A stretch of DNA of 64,000 nt from Antedon mediterranea (taxonomy: Eukaryota; Animalia; Echinodermata): the NCBI RefSeq assembly GCF_964355755.1, contig NC_092675.1, positions 8,303,812 through 8,367,811 on the forward strand, in the 5' to 3' direction. Positions 36,901 to 48,900 of this stretch are shown piece after piece (position 1 is the stretch's first letter; each line of letters starts with the position of its first letter). The notes beneath the pieces are model-generated. The model saw only the letters and a program-made list of their open reading frames with translations, searched no databases and had not been told where the DNA came from. The position numbers and the translations under genes are program-made.

Positions 36901-39900
36901 TGATGGATAAATACATTTTGCTTTTTAATTCAGGCGATAGTAGCTTCTAATATGGGTACTTCTCTTCTTCTCTTTGCTAATTATCTTGTAGATGATCATT
37001 GCCGTGTTGTTCTTGAACCTTTGCCTGGTGATCCACACTCAGATTATATCAATGCATGTTACATTGATGTAAGTCTCTTCTCTTTCCTAGAGAGTATTCT
37101 TTTTCAGGTCATGATCATGTCAAACTTATTCTACTAAAGTAATTAATTTTTTACTGGAATAATATTTTAGATTTTATTTCACGTTGAAGATTATGAGGCA
37201 ATTTCACTGCAGTAAACAATGTGTTTTTATGCCCAAGAGAGAGTCTTACTGATAAATATTTTACATAAACAGGTAAAAGATAGATACTGCAGTAGAATGA
37301 TTTTGGCATGATCCCTTACTATGTTCTGTAACTTTTATTTATGCATTTTCACTTGCATATAAGGTATGTATTATTAGTCATTTGTCATTTATACTATATG
37401 TGGAAAAATACCAAATTGTTTAAAGGAAAATCTAAATCCATAATTTGTAATATAATATAGCAACCAAAGAAATCAAAGTTGAGAAACAATTGAAGTATGT
37501 GTATGCTTACCAATATTCAATTCCTAAGTTTCTATACTATGGGCAAAAATAAACAACAAATTAATATTATTATATTATTATTTTTTAATACCTTATTCAT
37601 TTGTTTTATTATTGATTGAAAGAAAGAAAATAAATGTTTACGTTGAATTGAAAAAAAAAAATTGAAAAATTGAATTATGCAATGGTTTTGCTATTACCAA
37701 AACATACTAATAAAAACAAGATAAAGAGTCTAAAAAACTATTAATGTCAGTACATCCTCCTGAAATGTATGACAGAACCAATCGAAATACAATGTATAAT
37801 AACATACTTTAATCAGTATGGCATAGTTGAAAAATCATGTTGAACTTATTGTTGTATTTATTGTTTTGTAGGGCTACAAACAGAAAGTCGCTTACATTGC
37901 TACTCAAGGTAAGAAAATCTTGCTATATAGATGTAAGCTCTGTCTACACTACCAAACTAGTTTGACAAAAAAAGTGTGATGTGCCCAAATATGGTAGTAA
38001 TATACCCACATACATAGTATTTTTTGTCACATATATTTTGATAGTGTAGACAGCTTTAGTATGGATGTTGTTTCATTTCATTTCATTTCATTCATTTTAT
38101 TCATCAAAAAAACATAAAAATCATAAAACATGTCAAAGATAAAATGCATAAAAGATGAAAAGGATCAACAACAAAAGCTAAAAGCTTGTACAAGGTTGAA
38201 GACCTAAACAAACTAACTGCTAAAACTATAAAAGGATATATACAATATATTAACATATAAAAATAAAATAACAATGACATCGGCAGAAATTAAGATTTTT
38301 ACTTATTAATTAGATTCAACTTATACAATTTTTTAAAAACATTGATAGATTTTGCATTTTTAAAAGTCATATCTAAGTTGTTCCAGACATGAGGACCCGA
38401 AACAGCAATACTATGCCTTGCTGAAACTAGTCTTCGAAGAGGAGGTCGAAGTTTACATTTTCCTCTAGTATTGTACTTATGACCATTACCATCAGTAAAA
38501 TTGTTAAAGTTTAAAAATCGTAAATCAGGGTTATTCAATATTCGGAACATAAAAATGCCAATTTGGTAATTATGAATATCGTCAATTTTTAATACATTAT
38601 GTATGTGGAAGAGAGGACTTGTTGGTGCACGATAATCAGACCAAGTTATAGCTTGTATCGCTTTTTTCTGGAGTTTAACAAGTTTATCAGTATAAGAAGC
38701 ATATGAATTAAACCAAATAATGTTACAATAGCTGATAAGAGGTTGCACAAGTGACTTATAGATTGAAAGGAGTGCACTTAAAGGAAGGTAGTGACGAATT
38801 TTGAAAAGTAAACTAACATATTTAGATATTTTTGAAGTAGTGAGATCAATATGAGTTTTAAAATTAACAAATTCGTCAACAAAGACTCCTAAAAACTTAT
38901 ACTAATTTGTTTGGGATATAGATTTATCAGCAATTTTAATGGATATATTATTAACATTAATTTTACTTCTTTTAGTTCTAAAAATTATATATCTAGTCTT
39001 ATCACAGTTAAGAGAAAGTTTATTACACCTAAGCCATTTATCAATTTTAATAAGTTCAGAATTAACAATATCAATAAGTGTATTCAAATTGGGGTTTGAT
39101 AAGAACAGATTTGTATCGTCAGCGAATAAAGTCATGTTTAAAATATTTGAAGAAATAAAAATATCATTTATATATATGATAAATAATAATGGCCCAAGAA
39201 TACTTCCTTGTGGTATTCCATAATTATTAGTTGTGTGTTCAGAAGAAATTCCGTTAATGACTGTATATTGCCTTCTTCCATATATATAGTTTTTAAACCA
39301 AGATAGTGCAGACCCCTAATACCATAGTATTCAAGTTTCCATAATAAAATCGAATGGTCAATCGTGTCGAAAGCCTTACTCAGGTCAATAAATATTCCAA
39401 TAGCAGTATCTCCTCTATCTAAGGCAGCTTGTACTTTTTCAATAAGATTAAGTATAGCCATAAAGGTTGAAATGTTTTTAAGAAACCCATATTGTTCTTT
39501 GTGGATGATTGCAAATTTATCTAAAAAGGAATACAAACGGTTATAAACAATACGCTCTAAGATTTTTGATAGAGCAGGTAAAATGGATATTGGACGATAA
39601 TTATTAAACATGTTTTTATCACCAGACTTAAATAGAGGAAATATCCTTGCTATTTTGCTTAGCTCAGGTACAACACCACTTTCAAGTGATAAATTAAAGA
39701 TGTATGATAAAGGATGGAATAATATATTTAAGTAATTTACTGCTAATTTCATCAATGCCTTCAGAGTTAGATGGTTTCATTTTATTAACAATAGAAATAA
39801 TTTCTAAATCATCAGTGTACAAAAAATGTACAATTGTCTACTAAAATCTGTACAAATAGTTAAGATTTGCCAACTCTAACAACTAAAAAACAGAAACCTC

Positions 39901-42900
39901 TCCCAAAGCCAGAAAGTCCCAATGATAAAGAAGACATTTCGAGCCAATTCAATCAATGTGGTTCCGGTTTTCACTTTATTATTACTTTTGAATATGTTTC
40001 TTCAATTTAGGGCCTAACATTGCATCTGTTGATGATATTTGGAGAATGGCTTGGAAAGAACGTAGCTCTATAATCATCATGGTTACTAATCTATTTGAAG
40101 CAGGAAAGGTAAGAAACAGACAAAACAGAAGGACTTGCAACAACCTTAGATCAAATGGTTCATTATTATACAAATAATGAATGTTTATGAGTGTAATGGT
40201 ACAAATAATGACATTAGGTGAATGGTTATATTTGCCGAGTTGATATATAACCTTTCATCATTCACCAAATGCCATTATTTGTACCATTACATGGATATAA
40301 AACATTCATTATTTGTTTTAAAACATGCCATCTAAATAGATTCCTGTCATTTTTTAATAAAATAAAAGGTAGGCCTAGCCAAGACCTACATTTGATTCAA
40401 ATTGATTAAAACCGTAACATTTGGTTTTTAATAATATTATATTAAATATTATATTCATATGGATTTTATGAACACACCTACCGTAGTGGTAATTATGTCA
40501 ACAAACGATCAAACAATCCTAGGCCTAGCAAGGCTTAAAATGCCTAGTACTAGCTAGGCTGAAATGCAGCAAAATACAAAAACTTCAACTGGAACTCATC
40601 TAGGCTAATTATCTTTTTTCCAACAATTCCACGTCTTGTAGAGATGTTCCCATTAATTAATCAAAATCCTACAAACGATCTAAAGCTAATTGCCTTTTTG
40701 ATCTAAATTACAGTACATATATATCTCTCAAAAAATGTACTTCCATTGCGAAACATGGCTTAAAGGCCAGGTGCGGCAAAAAATTTCTATTGATCATACA
40801 TTCCAATAATTATATCTATAGTTTATTAAATCTATAGTTTCCCCTATGTTTCATAATTTGTTTTGATTTTTTTGTGTTACACGAGCTTGTTGAAAATAAG
40901 CACTTTCTTATCAGTGGGGGGGGGGGGGGAATAGTTCAAATAAACACAGTAAAATCTCTATTCTTTTGTACACAAATTTTGTAAAGGCATTTTAAAAAGC
41001 TATGAAAAATAAACGGTGTGGTAAAAAATGTTAACAGATGACTAAATATAGGTAATATAAATTGAATTTTACATTTCTGGTATTTTTATTCAACTTCAGA
41101 TTTTTATTTTCATGCTATAGCAAAAATTATTTCTGTTTCAAATATTTGATTAATTAATTCCCGAAAGTACAAAATAGGTGGCGCTGTTGTATTTCAAAAG
41201 CAATAGTATAAACAAAATATTTTCCAAACACGTAAAGATTTTTTTTTCGTACACGGAAAAAAGTACTTTTAAACGATCGTTTAATAGTGCATACTATTGC
41301 ATGCCATGTGACCCACAATCATCCAATCAAATGACAGGAATTATTTAGGTGTTATATAAAATGGTTTAAGATGATGGCTATGTGATTGGCTGTGATGATA
41401 CAACAAGCCAACCTAACCAATTACAGGGCAGTCAATTAAACATAAGTTACTATTACTTGTAATGTGGTGTGTATTACACTTTTGGTTTTGATAGAAAAAG
41501 TGTGAAAAATACTGGCCAGAGAAAAGTCAGACATACGGTAGAATTGATGTGAAAATAACTGATGAAGAAGAGTGTCCACAGTACACCATAAGGAGCTTCA
41601 AAATGACAAAGGTACAGTACAGATCTTAAATTAAGTCAAGTTATAGATAAACTTCTCCCCCTTGTAAAAATAAATAAAAAGCATAAAAAGAAAAATAATA
41701 ATAATAATAATAATGATAAAAATATAAAATAAAATAATATAAGAAAAATAAATCCAAACACAAAACCAGCTTTAAATACTGCCACCACACTGACTTAGTT
41801 CTGTGATAATCAACATGATGATTGTAACGATGAAGAGATCAATAACATGATTGAATGATTTTTTTTTACATTTTTTAATTTTTTTTCTATTATTCTGACA
41901 GGATGATGAAATTCGTGAAATAAAACAGTTCCATTTTACTGTTTGGCCGGATATGGGAGTTCCAGAGTTTGCAAATGACGTCCTCAGATTTATTGACGTT
42001 GTAAAAAAGAATGGAAACTTCGACACAGGGCCTACCATTGTTCATTGCAGGTAGAGGATTTGGAATTGAATACAATTTGCTTAATTTGAGCCTCTGGGCA
42101 ATCCATTAGTTTCAGAACCTTAATATTTAAGATGTATTGTCCCCCTGAAAAAATATTTTTTGTTGAATATACAAATTTAATGTTACAATTGTTATTCCCT
42201 TTTACCAAAGATTGGATCGGAAAATTGCCAGCCAATTTAACCGTTTATTTTGTCTTTTTATGTGTGAAAACATTATCGATTTTCCATTTTTGTTTCTATG
42301 AAAGTAATTAACTTTATTAAAGCTGCAAAATGGACTATTTAAAGTCTGATTTTATTAATCTTTAAAATTCATGTTTTAGGAGGACAATACATTTTTAATA
42401 CCCATGATTAATAATAAACAACTTTTTAGTATGTGCTTGATATTATTTTTATTTTTTGTGAGCCCTAGAAATACTTCAACTTGGTTTAAAAAATGTTGTC
42501 TGTGTGGCAATATACTCTATTAAGCTCTGTCTACAACATCAACCTAGTTTGACAGTGTAGACGTGCCCAAACATGGTAGTAATGTACCCAAATATGGTAG
42601 TTATATGACATATGACACGACATGTCCATATATGGCACATCACATTTTTTTATCATATAAGCTTAAAGCTCTGTCTACACTATTAAACTAGTTTGACAAA
42701 AAAATAGTGTAATGTGTGCTCAAATAATGGTATTGGTATGACATCATCGTGTACACCCAGTGTACTATGATGTAACCCCCTACTCGTCTCAAAAGATATA
42801 CTAGGTTCTTTAAAGTGCACATGAACCAGATGTGTACACTAGACCTATGGTTTATAGTCCTTATCTGAGAAGACTCGTTCTAACACCAGAACCTTGGAGC

Positions 42901-45900
42901 GAGTGAGCCTTGAACCCTTGCTGATGTTATTGCTACATATTACGGTTCCACTGTCTTAACCGCTCGGCCACTCACTCGCTAAAGGTTTGACAAAAAAGGA
43001 TTAAGGTTTTGTAAAGACCACCAGATCTGTTGTAGTTGTACAAATCGACATCCTTTTATTTGTTATATTCAGTGCTGGTGTTGGAAGAACTGGAACAATG
43101 ATTGCCATCAATGAGATGCTGGATATGGCACGAGATGAGGGAAAGATTAATGTCTTCAATTTTGTCAATCAGATGAGGAAAAACCGAGTGAAGATGGTGC
43201 AAACATTGGTGAGATTTTCAATTTGCTTAACTCCAATTGTAATACAGTCTACTCTCCCAATACAGACTTTTCTCAAGGTTCAAAAGGTCCCAAATTCATT
43301 TTTACTTTTAAAAACATGTTCCGAATACCAGACTTTCCGGAAAACCTGACATATTTGATCACCCTAAAGGTGTCCGGTAGGCCTATTGGGAGAGTTGACT
43401 GTACGAATTTACATAAACAATGGTGCTGCCATAGTTGTGTTAGCCATACCAGTGTGCAGATTTGGTGATGATTGTAATTATTGAAATTCATTTTTAGAAT
43501 TTAATTGACTTTTTTGTTTATAGCCAAGCATTCCTATCTATTCACATAACACAGACAGTTTTTATTATTAGATTTTTAGAATGTTGATTTTTTCTGTATT
43601 CAGTAATTTACTCTTTACTAAACTAACATTAGACTTGCTCCAAGTCTGTATTTATTGTCTTTTTTATGTCATTCCACACGTCGTCGTTTTGATTTTTGTC
43701 TGAAAATACAGACTTGTGAAACACGTATAGAAATCGATTTGCAGACCGCAAACATCCGATAAGAATGACATAGGTTATCATACCGTATTTGGCTATATGG
43801 GGCGGGCGGGATGTAAATATGGATTTCGAATCAACCAATGATCAATTGGTTTAAAAATGAAAAGATCGAGTACGTTCAGTCAAAGAATATATATCACAAG
43901 AATGAGTATTCCGCGATTTTTGCATGAGAAATTTGTAACAGAGAGCTCCAGTGAGTGATGCCCGCCCTCATAAGGGCGGATGTATACATACTAAATAAGA
44001 CTTGATTTAATAGATATTATACATGTCACATTAAATAGAATTATGATAATAGTTTTTGCAATTGTAAACTATTTTATAATACATATTTATTAACAAACTA
44101 GTGTACATTCACTTTTACAGACAATTATTTACTAACATGCTAAGTTAGTTCACAAAAAAGGCCTAACACAGCAACACCAAAAATCACGAATCGTTACTCA
44201 GCACGGCCTATTCTTTACCATTGCCGTGTACTACTCTATGCCCGGTAAATTAAGTATTGTTTTTATGATATAAATTAGTATAAAATACATGTTATTAATT
44301 GGACAAAATGTTAAATGTCATTAACATTTATTTGTTTTACCAGAAAGAAGTTAAATATAGGAATATTATTAAACTATCCTTTGTGAAAACGCGTAAACAC
44401 CAACACGCCCGGTCACGCTATCGTAGCACCCGGTTGATAAAGCAAACTGTTTATACGGCAATTTTTACTAAATAAATTGCATAAAACGAACAATTAAATA
44501 TCCAAATAGTATTTAACATGATGTTGGCATGTAATTGATAACATTTATTATCATGAAAATACTACCGGTGGTCTAGCCTTTGATTATTGAAACCGTCACA
44601 AAAGGTTGTATACATCCCAGATACATCCACACTTATGGCGGCGCCCTACCACATGGACAATATTACTGTTACAGGGAAAATTGTTCGTTTTATGCAATTT
44701 ATTTAGTAAAAACTGCCGTATAAACAGTTTGCTTTATCAACCGGGCGCTACGATAGCGTGACCGGGCGTGTTGGTGTTTACGCGTTTTCACGAAGGATTG
44801 TTTAATAATATTCCTATATTTAACTTGTTTCTGGTAAAACAAATAAATGTTAATAACATTTAACATTTTGTCCTATTAATAACATGTATTTTATAATAAT
44901 TTATATCATAAAAACAATACTTAATTTACCGGGCGTAGAGTAGTACACGGCAATGGTAAAGAATAGGCCGTGCTGAGTAACGATTCATTGATTTTTGGTA
45001 TTGCTGTGTTAGGCCTTTTTTGTGAACTAACTTAGCATGTTAGTAAATAATTGTCTGTAAAAGTGAATGTACACTAGTTTGTTAATAAATATGTATTATA
45101 AAATAGTTTACAATTGCAAAAACTATTATCATAATTCTATTTAATGTGACATTTATAATATCTATTAAATCAAGTCTTATTTAGTATGTATACATCCGCC
45201 CTTATGAGGGCGGGCATCACTCACTGGAGCACTCTGTTACAAATTTCTCATCCAAAAATCGCGGAATACTCATTCTTGTGATAATATTCTTTGACGTGAT
45301 ATATATTCTTTGACGTAACATACTGCATGCGCATCATCTTAGTTGTTGTGAGTCTTTGAAATTCTAAAATATGAATATTAAAACAGCGTACGAGTGAGTA
45401 GCCAATCGCATGCGGCTGAAACTAGTCAACTGGATAATCTATGCACCAAGAATTCTTGGTGTCAAACCATGTGACTTGTGCTTGTTTCCCCAGACGGAGT
45501 ATCCAAACTCAAGTAATACACGTATGAAACGCCATATGTGCAAAAATATTTATATTGTTACTAATATTAAGACAAAACTCCGTCTGGAGCCCAGACTAAA
45601 CTAACATATCAAAGCTAACAATTATTTGTATTAATTGATTTTCTAATACAGTTGATACAAATTAATCACAATAGTCATACGTTTTCATTTAATTGTGAAA
45701 ATTGCATCTTTAAGATGGCAATTATAATGTGTATTTTCATTATAAACTTTTCTTGCGTTCAGGACCAATACTTCTTCATTTTTGATGCGTTACTGGAAGC
45801 AGTAGTGTGCGGACAGACTTCAACAAAAGCAGCAGACATAAACCCTTTCTACAACAGTTTGTTGACATCAAATACTCTGACAAAAAGATCATACATATTG

Positions 45901-48900
45901 GAACAATACAATGTAAGAAAAAGCAATCAGCATAATATTATATAAACAAATGAAATAAAAGACATAGATTGTTTCTGCTTAAAATATGATTAATAAATTA
46001 TTAATGTTAGGGTGATGAAGTATCTGCAAGCAATATGCTATTTATTCTTATTGTTCCTATTTAAAAATAATCATTTTCAGGCTTTAGAAGCAATGAATGC
46101 TGTTATGACTGAGGAAAATACAGCTGGTGGAAGGTTACCAGCCAACGTGGCTAAAAACAGGTTTCTCTCAAGAATTCCAAGTAAGGACTATTGTTTTTAT
46201 TTATACAATTTGATGTTAGTGACAAGGGATTAAAAAAAAAGGAATTGATGAATTTTATGATGTTAGAGTATGCTAATTAATTAAATATAGCATGATTGAA
46301 CATAATATGTTTATTAAATAATGTTTATAATAATATTATATTTGTTATATTATAGTTGATGGATCAAGACCGTATCTTATGACACTTTCATCAGAGGACA
46401 GTACAAACTACATCAATGCATCTTTTCTACATGTACGTGAGAAAGTAACATATTAAGTTGTGTAGACTTTTCACTTCAGAGAAGTTTTTTTACAAAAACC
46501 TGGCAAATTTCTAGATTTTAATATATATAGTCTAAACACTTAGAGGAATGGCGAGAGTATCTGCTGTCGGAGGAGGCACTATGATGCTTTATGATAATAC
46601 AGTAATATGAAATTGTGAAATATTATTGTATAAAGAACCATAAATGCCATCTAACATACTATATGTTATGATGATTGAAAATGTTCATCTGGTTTGTAGG
46701 TATAAGTATATTGGAAATATTCTTTTTTTTTTCAAACCAATAATTAGTAAAACTAACCTTGACAGTTTCGCTGTCCTGATCGGACAGCTTCTTCAGAAAT
46801 AATGACGATCTATCATCAAACAGACTGACCTCTAGAGGGCCTATTCTGTTTAATGACAGAGTCATACACGCTACACGCTACACCTAAGATACACAAAGAA
46901 GGTAAAAAAGACCTATTGTGGACTATACAGGATCCATAGCATATGAAACCGCTAAAGCCATTGCTGATATTCTCTCCCCTTTAGTAGGAAGCACACAACA
47001 TCACATCAACAACTCAAAACATTTAGCTCAAGAATTTACGGAAGTCATGATAGAGGAGGATGAAATTTTCAACTCTCATGATGTTGTTTCTCTGTTTACC
47101 AACATTCCAATAAAAGATTCCCTGACCGTCATAACATCTCGACTACAAGAGGATAATGACCTTAAAAACAGAACACTATTGGACATAGATGACATCATGG
47201 AGTTATTAAAGTTCGTCCTAACTACCACCTATTTTACATTCCGAGGGATTATTTACCAACAAAGATTTGGGGCAGCCATGGGGAGCCCAGTCTCTCCCAT
47301 TGTAGCGAACCTGTATTTAGAATTTCTAGAACAGAAAGCTATAGCGTCAGCACCCTTAGAATGTAAACCTCGGTTATGGAAACGCTACGTGGATGACGTT
47401 CTTGAAATTGTCAAACAAGACCAAGTTGAAAATCTCACGACATCTCAATTCATCTGACCCAGCTGGCACCATAAAGTTCACCTACGAGAAAGAATATGAA
47501 AACAAGATTCCTTTCCTCGATTCTCTCATCATTAGAAAACCAGATGGATATGTCAAACTTTTAGTATATAGAAAACCGACACATACGGACCAGTACTTAC
47601 ATTTTGATTCCCATCATCCTGTACATCAAAAACTGGGAATAATTAGAACACTATTTGACCGTATGAATTCTATTGTCACTATGGATGCAGATCGTAATAC
47701 AGAAGAGGCCAATATAACATCAGCCCTTTCTAGATGTGGCTATCCTAAGTGGTCATTCAACCAAGTAAAGAAAAAAATGAAAGAAAATAAAAAAGTAACA
47801 TCCAAGAAGAAAGAAAACACCATGGAAAGTAAAGGATTGGTTGTTGTCCCTTATGTAGCAGGACTTTCGGAGCGAGTTAGTAAAGTGTTTAAGGAGTTTG
47901 GCATCCACAGCTATGAAACCCCACACTTCATTACGCCAACTACTTGTCCACCCAAAAGACCAAGTTGACAAATTGAAAGTGGCTAATTGCGTCTACAAAA
48001 TCTCATGTGCTAATTGTGATCACACCTACATTTGAGAAACGAGTCGCTGTTTTGACACAAGGTTAAAAGAACATAGAAAAGAAACAGAAAAGATAACCCA
48101 ACAGAGAAAGAACTTCACTCGTCAATCACACCGAGAATCAAAAAATGAACTGAGCAAATCAGCTATAGCAGATCATGCCGTCAAGTTAAATCACATAATA
48201 GACTGGACACAACCTAAAATCATCGACAGGGAACCAGATACAAACAACCGACGCATCAGAGAAGCTATCTGGATCCGCCGACGAGGAAACCAAATCATCA
48301 ACAGAGATGAGGGCACCCACCAACTCAGTCACGTGTATGACCCTGTCATTAAACAGAATAGGCCCTCTACAGGTCAGTCTGTTTGGTGATAGATCGTCAT
48401 TATTTCTGAAGAAGCTGTCCGATCAGGACAGCGAAACTGTCAAGATTAGTTTTACTAATTATTGGTTTGAAAAAAAAAAAGAATATTTCCAATATATATA
48501 TGTTATGATGTTTGTTTATTTTACAGGGTTATCGTGGCAAGGATATGTATATATCAACACAAATGCCATTGCCAAATACAATAGCTGACTTCTTGTGTAT
48601 GGTTTATGATTACAAATCAAAACTGATTGTAATGCTTAATGATGATCCAAGCACTGACCAGGTAATGAATCGGCAAATTCTTTACTTTAAGTATATATAT
48701 TTTTAATTATTTTATTTATTCAACTTATCACTAAGATGTAAATTAGTGAAGGATGGGACCAACCGGTGGTATACACCTCTAAAACAGTCCAGTCCCAATT
48801 GCACAGTGGCTGTGTGTGTGAACTAGTACACTGGTACTCCCCTGCTTGTCTTGAAAGACAAGAAGACTCGTACTCCCACCAGAACCATAGAGTGAGTGAG

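Noticed and set aside
39865-39957. Possible 93-nt in-frame cassette exon ([19 protein letters not shown]...)
   Set aside because: Weak donor, only a 53-nt downstream intron, and it would split the conserved YIATQGP motif.
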